Source: Eledone cirrhosa
Taxonomy: Eukaryota
DNA: 64,000 nt
Direction: 5' to 3'
Assembly (NCBI GenBank): GCA_964016885.1
Contig: OZ024742.1
Span: 209,684,001 to 209,748,000 of the forward strand
A program made the position numbers and the translations under genes. Under the pieces are notes generated by a model. That model saw only the letters and a list, made by a program, of their open reading frames with translations, did no database searches and was not told where the DNA came from. The first letter of the stretch is position 1, and each line of letters starts with the position of its first letter. Below are positions 13,301 to 25,445 of the stretch, one piece after another.

Positions 13301-15041
13301 CAAAGTTAATGGCCACCTCTCGGAACCGTTTCAGATCTCATCTCCCGATCGACCCGTCAAGGGTGCCCTCCCTTCTGTACGTATTCACTCTCGAGCCCTT
13401 ACTGCGGAAGCTAGAGCTGTTACAGGGCTCCCGCTCAAAGCGGGACGCCATGATGTTGTCGGAAACCTCAGAAATCGAGGTGATCGGCAACTTATTGGAG
13501 GAATCTGAACGTTTGACGGGGTCGTAACTTAACCCGGAAAAGTCGGTGGGCTTGCAGCTCGGCACCTGGAGAGGCAAGTCCATGCCGTCCAACAGCCTCG
13601 TTGGGTGCTGGATGGACGGACCGGCAAAGTTACTCGGGATTTGGTTCGGATCAGACCTCCAGGTAGATAAGAATTGGGACGAGGTGACGAGCAAGGTAGC
13701 CAGTCTCACCCAGAAATATACTGCGAGGAAGCTGTCACTGAAAGGTCGGGTGAAGGTGGTGAACGCTTACATTGCGTCCATCATCTACTACAGCCTGACC
13801 GTCGTGCCTTGCCCCCGCGCGCGCCTCGCCAAGCTGGAATGGCTCCTCTTCAAATTCTTGGGAGGGGAAAGGTTCCGTTGGTGAGGCGGTCCATCAGCTG
13901 CCAGCACCCTCTACGTGGAGGGCTGAGCATGCGGTGGCTAAGATGCGCAGACATGCGCTGAGGCTGTGGCATCTCCAGATATTCTGCTTAAACAGTAAAT
14001 AGGTGTGGTCGCCGTTTGTCAGACGGGTCTTTCCGCAGCTCGTTTCTTTGACTGAGCTGCAGTCCTGGGTCAAGAAGAGACCGAGACTGGGTGACTGGCA
14101 TCTGGAATGTAGGGAGGCAATCACTGCCCTCTACCAGGCGAGCAATGCGGTCAGTGGAACTTCCACACTCGAGTTCTATAGAGGAGTAGTGGTGAGCAAG
14201 TGCGGCGATGCACTCGGAGAGGTTCTGGGCGTCGATGAAGTCGAACTAAACAGTCTGTTCCGGAAGACTTTCGAACCGGGGAGTTTCGATAAGCTCCAGA
14301 AATCCCTCGCTTGCCAGTGCTACCGGGGGGGGGGGACACTGCCGGTTCGAGATAAAGTCTACAGGCACGGATGTGTTGTCAAACGGACCTGAGCGAGATG
14401 CGCGCAGAGCGACGAAACCGTTCTGCACGCACTCGTCTAGTGTCCGTGCATTACTTGTTGACGCGTGTAGAACTGATCCGGCTATCGGCCGAGTCTATAG
14501 TGAAGATCTACCCGCCGTCTTATTTTACCAGGCAATTTCCCTCTGTGTGGTGGCAGTAGTGAAAGGGGTTGTATGGTGAATCAGGTTGAAAGGACTGAAG
14601 ACAGAGACTTTTCTCTTCGGCCAATCCCTCATCAACTTCTTCAAATTTCCCTTGGAAAGGAAGGTGAGGGTGGGGAGAGGAGTACCCCCACCCCACCCCA
14701 CCCCAGTACATTTGATGAAAGGTGTGTGAATGTGGCGAGAATGGTCCGTCTGAGTGGGCATTCTCTGATCATGCGCCTGGAGGCTGATGAATTTGAGGAG
14801 GAGAGGGGTGCCCTTCCCGGGTTCCCTCGAAGCGTCGGGTGGTTTAGGATTGAAGGGGTACCTGAATCTACCGTGGGTGGTTATCTCCCCTATTGGGGAA
14901 TTTTTCTTTGTTGTATTTTTCTTGTTTATTGTTATTGTTTTCTTATTTTTTACTCGATTTTTATGTAAAACCCCCACTGTCCTCGTCTATTGTATTGTCC
15001 CCTATATGTCGGCCCTTGTGACTAATAAATGAAACCATTAT
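10328..15041 (+). mobile_element. Tx1/L1-clade LINE, ORF1 type B, 5'-truncated and degenerate
   Basis: ORF1 remnant with CFVCGVATHLRAFC knuckle; ORF2 from ATG 11422 with APE (LNVRGL, SET, GDWN, SDH), GPGYWKLN, RT (GLDGLPYE, AFDRV) and C-terminal region; 3' end GGCCCTTGTGACTAATAAATGAAACCATTAT. Confidence 0.9.
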
Positions 15042-15418
15042 AATTTAATTAACAATATTATTTATTGTGATAGTAGAAGTAGTTGTTGCTGCTGTTGATG
15101 TTATTTTTACCATATTTTTGTTGTTTCTTTTGTTTTCCGTTCTTGTATAGAGAATTTACTCAATGAAGCAGCAACAGTAGCAGTAGTAGCAGTAGTAGTA
15201 GTAGCAGTAGCAGCAGCAGGAGCAGCAGCAGTAACCATGTCACGGATACTTCATGCCGTCACAAATATTTTTCGGATCATTCAGCTTGACGAATTAATTC
15301 TCTATTATTTCAACTTGTTTGTCATTTGTAAGCATTATAGTTTCAGCATATAAATGAGACGACTTATATTAAGTTGAATCTTCTTGAAATAAAAGTACAT
15401 ATAAAATACATAAATAAA

Positions 15419-15607
15419 ATAATTGTTTCTACTTTAGGCACAAGGCTAGCAATTATCCAGTGCATTACTGGTACTTTATTTTATCGACCCCGTAAGGATG
15501 AAAGGCAAAGTCAACCTCGGCGGGATTTGAACTCAGATCGTAAAGGGACGTAACTATGCTGGAAAGCATGGCGTCCGACCCTCTACCGATACTGCCAATC
15601 CACCGCC
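15419..15607 (-). mobile_element. tRNA-derived SINE (short form)
   Basis: Pol III-like A box (TGGCAGTATCGG) and B box (GAGTTCAAATCC), central GCCTTTCATCCTTACGGGGTCGATAAAATAAAGTACC (resembles the Meta-SINE domain), tail GGCCTTGTGCC..GAAACAATTATT. Confidence 0.85.
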
Positions 15608-15632
15608 TTATACATAAATAAAATAATATAAG

Positions 15633-15859
15633 ATAATGGTTTCTTATATAGGCACAAGGCCAGTAATTTTTTTTGGGGGGGGAGGAGAAAGTCGATTAGA
15701 TCGACCCCAGTGCGTGACTGGTACTTTATTTTATCGACCCCATAAGGATGAAAGGCAAAGTTAACCTCGGCGGGATTTGAGCTCAAATCATAAAGAGCCG
15801 TAACTCTATGCTGCAAAGCATGGCGTCCGACCCTCTACCGATACTGCCAATCCACCGCC
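15633..15859 (-). mobile_element. tRNA-derived SINE (long form), tandem with the previous copy
   Basis: Same head and central domain plus an extra GGGGTCGATCTAATCGAC segment; the flank TATACATAAATAAAATAAT is repeated. Confidence 0.85.
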
Positions 15860-16488
15860 TTATACATAAATAAAATAATATAAGTTAATGTCTAACTTAA
15901 ACTCTCACCACGTTTACTGTGCTGTGAATTAAACTATTCAAAATGATAACGACATATTGTCTCCGTTTGAGCGGACGTGATGAATACTACAAGACACCAT
16001 TGATTTATTTATCGCAGTGTTCTAAATACAGAGAAAACACCTGAGACTTGTGGCTCAAAAAATAAAGATAAATACAAACAGAGTAAAAAATTTGATAGTG
16101 AGAATATTGAAAGACTAAAGTAAATTTGCAACTATATAATTCCCAGTTTGAGCAAGTCGAGACGGTTTCGGATTTCCAGTATAAAGTGCACAATGAATTT
16201 TATCACTGATAGCGTTCAGCGTACATTGGCATGATGCTTAAACCTCGGTGGCAAACACTACTTTGATATAAATACCTATCAGGTAGATAGCTCTTGATAA
16301 GCATCATATCGATGACTGTTAATACATACTAGGAAAGCTGTAAATGTTTACCCAGATAGTGGACACTAGTAGTGTAGATTCTCACTAGATTCTCACACAT
16401 GTAATAGAGTGAGTTGAAAAATTGGATTAACTGAAATTATGTATCCCGTTGTTAGGAATAAGCTCACATACATAAATACATACGTACG

Positions 16489-17137
<649 letters not shown>

Positions 17138-17728
17138 CTTGGTTTATTTCATTTGTATTCTCCATTTTTGTTCTTGTGCGCGGACGTCTCAAAATTAACG
17201 TTCATAAATAATGTATCCTCCCGAATTTGTTCTGCTCAGTCATAGTTTTGTTTGTCCTTGTTTCTTTTTCGTTTCATGTCATACAAAATATACCCAGAAA
17301 TGATGATTTATGTCCGGAAACATTTGAAAGACTTTTTTCATCTGTAACCGATAAACATTATTCGCGAAATACTGAAAATAATTCCAAAACAATCTCTGAC
17401 ACTCGTATGCATCTATATAGAAGAGATTCACTATATCTTATTTTCCCTTATATACCTCTTCAAAAAAAATATATCAATTTGATATTTCATTTTCCTGCGT
17501 AAATATCAGAATCTGAAGAATTCTTGTAGAAATGTCTATTGGTGGGAGTGGCGACTGTAGCAAAAGTAATAAAATATAGTGAGTAAAGGAACGAGGAAGA
17601 GAAAGAGTAAAGAAGAGTGAGGATAGTATGGAGGTTTGCCTTCCTATGTTTTTATTTGCATTAATATATCTATAAAAGATTCGCCGTGGCAACAACTACT
17701 ACAAGAGCAACATCATCAGCAGCAGAGC

Positions 17729-17807
17729 TGTAGTAGTAGTAGTGGTGGTGGTGGTGGTTGTGGTGGCGGCGGTGGTGTAGGAGGTGGCGGCAGCGTTGAT
17801 GGTAGTG

Positions 17808-17865
<58 letters not shown>

Positions 17866-17880
17866 GGGGGGGCTTTGATG

Positions 17881-17947
<67 letters not shown>

Positions 17948-17966
17948 GGGGGGGGGGGCTTTGATG

Positions 17967-18014
<48 letters not shown>
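17729..18014. repeat. Compound (GTA)n/(GGT)n microsatellite with a higher-order unit
   Basis: The unit G(n)CTTTGATG(GTA)n is repeated. Confidence 0.9.
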
Positions 18015-19329
18015 ATTTGTTATCACAGTTGAAGCCTTCCTGCTGTTCAATAGCTGACAAAAATGCAAATGTTTTCTTTTTCCTGTTCAATATATCATAT
18101 AACAATACAATTTGAAATGCATCTTTTGGGAGCATCTAACAACATTACATTTCTACAGAGTCAAATTAAAGCCTTGTTTTAATCTATATACATATATATT
18201 GGTATGTTGATGCTTATGTGTTTATGTCACATTGACCTGCATGACCTGTTGTCCTGCTGTATTCAAGGGAGATAATATCAGTGCATGCAAGTGTTTATGA
18301 TTGTATTCATGTAAGAGTAACAAACTGTGTGATTGCATATTCTTTGCGTCATTTTACGCCCATCTATGCGTGTGTAAAATGTACGTGAGCGGAAATATTT
18401 GTGTGCGAATGGTGTGTGAATGTATGCGAATGATGTGTTTTCAGTATGAACGTCAGAATATAATTCTCCTTATGTAGTGCGTTTGTGGGTTATTAGCAAG
18501 ATAGCTATTCAAGGTGTTCAAGAAACTCAACTATTACAAATACTTTCCCATTTCAAATCTTAAGAGAGCCTGACGAAAATAAAGATGAAATGGCATCGTT
18601 TCAAACTAGAGATCGATTAGAATTTATTTGGGGCTAAACAAGAGCCAAGTTTACTTCGAGAAAATGAGGGTAGATCTCTATGCGTTCGAAGTTTTACTAT
18701 GTGTTAATAAATTGCATACTATAAGAAAACAAAATGCGGGTTACAAATTTACATTAGAGGAGAATTGAATGTATGAGGGCTTAATTTCACAAATAGCCAA
18801 ATACCAGGATTTGATCTACCCTTCCTTTTTCGTATTGGTCGAGACCTCTGGCATCCTTTGTCACCTAACTGCTCTAGAATCTACTGCATCTACTTCCTTT
18901 TCCTTATTCCTGTTATTTATTTTTTCTTCTTTCTTTTTTTTTTTGTTTTTTTTAATATGCAAGCGTTGATGAATTGTAGATATATTTCTATAATAAAAAA
19001 TGTCTCAAATATAGTGTAGTATTCATAAACACCTCTAATAGATAATAGTATATGTTGAATTAACAGCATATGGTTAGTTATTCAGTAGACTTGCATCTAA
19101 TGCCTAATTCAACTGGAATACATCGTTGCTAAAATGCTTTAGGTTTTCGGACTCTATTTATAAATGAATAGTTTGCTCTTCTTAATGTTCAATCCTCATA
19201 TATGCCCTCATCTAACACACTTATGTTTAAAAGCATACCAACCACGATCAGCCGTCTTTATTAAGGGACAGTGTATCTAGAACTACATTGTACAACATTT
19301 CCTTCCCTTTTAACATGATATGATATATA

Positions 19330-19581
19330 TATTATAGCTATTTTTACAGGTTAAGGCAACCGCATACAGACATTTACGTTTACTCTGTATATATACTAGA
19401 TAATACTTTGCTAAATCAAAAAAAAACACTTCTTTTTATAAAATAATCACATAAATGTATTATAGCTATTTTTACAGGTTAAGGCAACCGCATACAGACA
19501 TTTACCTTTACTCCGTATATATTCTAGATAATACTCTGCTAAATCAATAAAAACACTGCTTTTTATAAAATAATCACATAT
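19330..19581. repeat. ~128-bp direct tandem duplication
   Basis: ATTATAGCTATTTTTACAGGTTAAGGCAACCGC...AATAATCACATA occurs twice with few mismatches. Confidence 0.9.
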
Positions 19582-22500
19582 CCGGGATCTAATTAGAGAG
19601 AGATTCCATCTCGTAAGACAAGATTACGAATTCAACTTTCAGGGTTAAAATTAAATACTATGAATTTTATAAAGTTTGAAGATCTTTCGTTATTACTATA
19701 TATGTGTAGTCAGTAAACTGAAAACTTTCAAATGCAATCAAAATTTAGCTGTTTATATTCCATGCTTCATATTCTAAATAAAAAGAGCTAAACTGTAATA
19801 AGCTAAAATAAAAATTGCATATTGGTGTTTTATTTTTTTAAATGTTAATATTGCTCGTATTTTGTTGTTTTTGTTATTGCTGCTTTTTCTCTTTTTTCTA
19901 TAATCAAAACATATCAATGAGCAGTAGTATTGACAAATATATCATAAACTAATGCAGTGATGAAATTATATATTCTTCAAATTGATCTAAATTTTGTATG
20001 CAGGACGGAATATATGCAGCATCTACTAAAGTTATAGTATACTACTAAAGTTATAACAACTACGAATAGTAGATATTTGCAACATACTGCGTTAACAAAG
20101 CAAAGGGAATGAATTTAAGTCTATCAAAGCAACATAGTCATACATAATATTTTCCTATACGTGACAGAATAGCTCACTCACTAATTTACTGCAGTTTTCT
20201 AAAGCTTCTGTGTAGAATTCTATTCGATAATGCAGGAATCCCTACGATGCATGTACTCAAGATATTCTTTCATCTTAACTACTGAAATTCTATACGTTGT
20301 AACCATTACCATATCTTTTATCATCAAACAGATCTTTACAATATTTTACCATTTGATCTAAAGGCAACACACATTTTAAAATAAAGCTCACAGAGACATT
20401 TCTAATTGTATTTATGGAAACTTCTTAACAGTAGACTTTGGACATTTAGAAAACATATCACTGTTCTTATCCTAGAAGACCACTAAATAAAGTTTACATC
20501 TTATTAAAGATATCTGAAGGTGGGTAGCGTAGGGGTTACGGTGTTCAGCTCGCGTTCGTAAGGACGTAAGTTTGATAAACATGTCTCCGCTTCAGTACAC
20601 TATTTTCCTAGTCATTCTTTGTAGAACAAATACTGCTTGCTTTCGTACAGTGTAAATATCAGTGTTCCGCTTTTGTTTTGAATAAACATTAATTGGGAAA
20701 ATAAAAGTTCTCACAAATACTGTACACAATATAATGATCAATATAAATAAGAAAAGATTAAGAGATTTCATATCGAAATTTACTGATTTATATGTATATT
20801 TTTAATTCTATAACAAATATTTATGTTGCCTTTAAAATACTTTTACTAAGACAATAGAAAAGTAGTTGAATACTGCTAAATACAAGAACCCGTATTAGGG
20901 ACACAAACGTATTGACTGCAATCATTCCTTAATAGAAAGCAGCTGATATCAAACATCGATAATCACGTAATATTGATTTATTGGAAACATAGCAACATAA
21001 AATTGTAGATCAATATTGACCTAAACGGTCTATTAAAGTACTTTAGTATGCCTAGCAGCTTAATTGTCCGTCATATTAATGCATTATTGACAAGGGGATG
21101 ACGTAAAAATGTTGGAAAATATTGACCTTCGACACTAATGGCTATTAAACTTTATGTATTCAGGCTCATGAATATTTAACAACTAACTCGCCAATAAAAC
21201 AGAGAAAAAATATTTGGGAGAGAGAAGCGTGGGAAAATAGAGAAGAGATAACGGTTATTCAAGATGAAATCTTGGAACAGGTATCAAACATCGATAATAA
21301 AAATAAAACTTGTTCGTGTTTATCATGTAGAGTATTCAGTACTTCGTATACTGGCAGTTCACATAAGCGCGCATAATTCGATATTCGAATTCACATTCAT
21401 ATTTTGCCTTAAATGTATGTTTCAAATACAACCAAATAAACCTGTATTTCCTTAAATAATTGATTTTATAAATACGTAATGTAATCCTGCCGCCAAATAT
21501 ATTCAAACAATTATTTTTTGTTATATCTTGTATTGTTTTGGGGTTTGGGATTTTTTTTTTTCCAATTATTTCAATGCTGGTTTGAACGACCACTTAAGTA
21601 TCTAAGAACACCTAGTGGATATATGATGTTCACATCTTTTACTAAACAGAATAACAGTGTTTACCGGATTTTGCTTTTAGAAATAATTCTCTTAATAATT
21701 TATTTTGATAATTATATACGATTCCTTACTCTATTTCACGTCATACACTGTGTATAAACTGTGCTATACACTATATGCAAAAGGTAGCCATTCACACGAA
21801 AAATGAAATGTAATCCGTCTGCTCATAGTTATATAGACTCATTTTGTTCAGCTATTAACGGTTTTAATAGTAGAAAAACAAAATTCAAGTAGCACTAAAA
21901 GGAGTTTTCCATAAAATTCCAAATAAATATTTCCATATACTTGGTATTATGAGTTGGTAATAAGAAGCATTTGATTGAAAAATACCATAACATTCAATAT
22001 GGTCATGTAATGAACAGAGAAGTAAAAAATAGCATTTAATCTCTCCAAAATCAATACCCATATACCAAGTTCCTTGTGATTCACACGCACCTTAAAACAT
22101 TCTAAGTAACTCGAGGAATACAGCCAATTAAATAGCGATTACCCACTCGACAACTCTTTGAAAACAATATCATATACCTTCATACATCTCTAAAATCAAC
22201 GCATTTCCTTGGCTCCCAAATTGCAAGCATATCGTTGACCTTTTTTTTTTTAGAGGATGGTCATCAACCATTTCACACTTCAGGATCTTTTTAGACTCCA
22301 CCATTGCTATCTCACAGTCTCCTTAAACGTTTCAATCTTTCTCGTTCTCTCTACATGGATCTAAACAAATTTATAGAAACATACCATTGCTCTGTCCATG
22401 CGCAAAAACAACAGCTTCTATGAACTTGTCAAATATCAATCTAACTCTCTGTTGCCACCTTATCCTTGGATAAGCACCTGTTTCTATCTTAATCATACTC

Positions 22501-22995
22501 ATACATACAACTTAGCATATGAGTTTAATATAATACACTAAAAACCATTAATCTGGATACCTAAATATGGAATGTTACGCGATAGCCCCTCCCCTAGCCC
22601 CGGCGGACAGGAACAGCGGCTAAACCAAGGATAAGGTGGCAATACAGTGCACTAGTATTAACAACAATCATTTTGAGTTTAACTCTGTAATTCTGTTCAA
22701 TGTATGCATCATTAAGACGCAGTTTCTCGCATTTTATTTACCAAATGTTCTTATTAACAAACGTCACACAAAAATAGAAGTATAAAGACTTTTCTTTTTT
22801 AAATCTAACTCTCTCACATCCAGCTTCTCAGTGGAAGCTATTTATATTCACAATTACGCCTTTCATATCCTTTATCGACAGTTATTTATAAACTTTAAGT
22901 AAAGGCATCTCAATATGTATCTCACATAGGTCCTCCTATTAACACTGTAAATAAATTAAGTTTAAGAACTAGTTTCATTAATTCTTCATGAAATT

Positions 22996-23219
22996 GGGCG
23001 TGGATTGGCAATAACGGTAGTCGGACCCATGCTTTGCGGCATATAGTTATGGCTCTTTACATTCTGAGTTCAAATCCCGCTGAAGTTAACTTTGCATTTC
23101 ATCTTTCTGGGGTCGATAAAATAAAATACCAGTAACGCACGGGGTCAATTTAATCGACTTTCCACCCACCACCTCCACCCCAAAAATTGTTGGCCTTGTA
23201 TGTAAATCAGAAACAATTA
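22996..23219 (+). mobile_element. tRNA-derived SINE (long form)
   Basis: A/B boxes, central domain and tail; imperfect TSD ATTAATTCTTC(A/C)TGA. Confidence 0.8.
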
Positions 23220-23289
23220 ATTCTTCCTGATTTTTTATGTTTAAAACTTCTGCGATTCTTATCTTTTGATATTATGAGGTTTGTGAATA

Positions 23290-23480
23290 GGGCGGTGGAT
23301 TGGCAGTATCGGTAGAGGGTCGGACGCCATGCTTTCCAGCATAGTTACGTCCCTTTACGATCTGAGTTCAAATCGCGCCGAGGTTGACTTTGCCTTTCAT
23401 CCTTACGGGGTCGATAAAATAAAGTACCAGTAATGCACTGGGTAATTGTTGGCCTTGTGCCTAAAGTAGAAACAATTATG
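23290..23480 (+). mobile_element. tRNA-derived SINE (short form) with 16-bp TSD
   Basis: TSD ATTATGAGGTTTGTGA at 23271-23286 and 23475-23490. Confidence 0.9.
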
Positions 23481-24849
23481 AGGTTTGTGATTGTGCCATT
23501 CGGGGTTTTGACCGAAGCCCATTGAAAACACGAAAAAGTTACTTTAGAGATTAAATTATTACACACCATGTTTTTCTATCCACGTACACGTGTAATAAAG
23601 TTATTCATTCTTGACAATTGCAAAACCTACAAAGAAACAATTATTACTTGCAAGGCAATTATTTTCTTTTTCCATTCATCAAAATTGAATGATATGTAGT
23701 ATGTCACCAGTATATTATCCTCCGGAAATTACCAACAGTATTTTTTTTTCTTCTGGAAAAGTAAGTTGTGTTTGAACCGTGGTTCAAAAGATGTAACGGA
23801 ACAACTACATCACTGTTTCGATATAAGGAAATGTAATTTATATATCAAGCATTAATGATATGAGCTTACGCAACAGCCTCCAATACAATCCCATTTCCTA
23901 GGTAACCGTTTCTCAATTCCAAACACGAGTAACAAGATAATAAAGAAAATTAACAGAAATCTTTCCTCAGTATACCCCACACAAACACATTATTTCAGGT
24001 CTATCGAATTTCCATTTTACACTGTCACAGGCTGTATGAAATGTTTCTTTCTTTTAGCTTCACTGTGGCACACAGTGAAAGCAAGATAAACAGGTTGGAT
24101 ATGGTTGACAGCAACCATCCAATAATCTTAGCATTCAATCCAATAACCATCTAACGGACAACAACAATTGTTGCTAGCGTCTGAAAGCCAACATCTATTG
24201 ATTTCGCAACAAGCGAGCAGTTAATCTTCTTGGCTATCACCCGATGAAGATCGATAAATCAATAGTTTCACTACTTTCCAGTTTGAAGCAGCTTATCGCT
24301 ATTTCTCATCCGTTTCGTAGTACTTTCATACTGTATACTTATAACTAACATAATTCAATAACTTGCTAGAAAATTCCATTTGTCGCTTGACAAACATTTT
24401 AAATCACTTCTTTCACAAGAAAGTAAAAAAATTATCACACTGCTCAGTCGAATGTAACAATGAAAGAAAAGTACATCTTTCTGTGTGTATATGTGTACAT
24501 GTGAGTGTACATACGACATACAGTATATATATATATGCGTGTGTGTGTGTGTCTGTGTGTATACGTGAGTGCGTATGTGTATTGAAAAGGAAGATAGACA
24601 AAATAGCACCCGTATACTGTCTCACACGTCTATTCCATACACACACGAAAATACACGTATCCATACAAACATCAGTGTGTTTATACTTATATAAGACCGT
24701 ACGACCATATATATATATATATATCATAAAATGTTGTAGTTTGCTTGAAGCATTGTATATAATATATAACGTTGAAAGAGATAGAAGGCTAAACAATGCA
24801 AAATGGACTGTAAAATGAGGTTACGAAAAGTAAGTTACCTGGTAATTTT

Positions 24850-25445
24850 TGTTTTGTTTTTTGTTATTGTTGTTCTTTTTTCTGTCGAATATTTTGGGAC
24901 CTAAAAGTCACTTCTTCAGGGTTTAAAGAACCTTCGGTGGATAACGTTCCAATTTCCTCTCTTTGGGGTTAAATTTTGATTTAGATTTTTGTAAGTCGTT
25001 TTCAAGCTTTTTTTATGGTTATTTCGCTGTTCACGAGAATGAAGTCAATTACCAATATAGTATTTCGTGAAATCAATTTTCTTTTATGCATGAGATGTTG
25101 TTTCGTTTATGTGCGTGTGGGTGTGACTTTTTATGTTAGGTATTGTGTACTGAATTCTAATCTATTATTTATTTGTAGGTTGGCCCACATTTCTATCACT
25201 AGCTTCAATAGTAACGGTAATATGTTGCTTGATGTTTCTACATTTGTCAATGTGTTTTTTTTTTTAGTGGGGCGTTCTTTAATGCGAGTGTGGAGTGCTC
25301 GATTTGTGCTACCAATGTAGAAACCTTAAATTTGTTGCATTCAATCCGGTATACCTCATATGACTGCTGGCACATTCCTGTATCACGGATAGGGCAGTTA
25401 GTCAGTGAGCATTGAATGGTGTTGTCTCTGGATTGCCTTTTAGAC
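24850..25445 (-). mobile_element. 3' fragment of a second Penelope-like family (GIY-YIG endonuclease and 3' UTR)
   Basis: Minus-strand translation CSLTNCPI...C.QSYEVYRIECNK..FYIGSTNRALHTRIKE; decayed CTGAAGA hammerhead-like remnant near 24880-24925. Confidence 0.7.

Noticed and set aside
14573-14968. ORF extending beyond the Tx1 ORF2 end
   Set aside because: It is an alternative-frame read through the decayed ORF2 end and the T-rich 3' UTR, with no independent coding evidence.
20518-20580. Possible tRNA/SINE head fragment
   Set aside because: Only weak A/B-box similarity and no body; too short to support.
18020-22250. Host exons in the unique AT-rich stretch
   Set aside because: No ORF with recognisable motifs or consistent splice-bounded frame; small exons cannot be excluded without RNA data.
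24880-24925. Hammerhead on the minus strand (CTGAAGA...GTCCC-AAAA)
   Set aside because: GAAA is replaced by AAAA and stems I and III are not convincing; at most a dead remnant.
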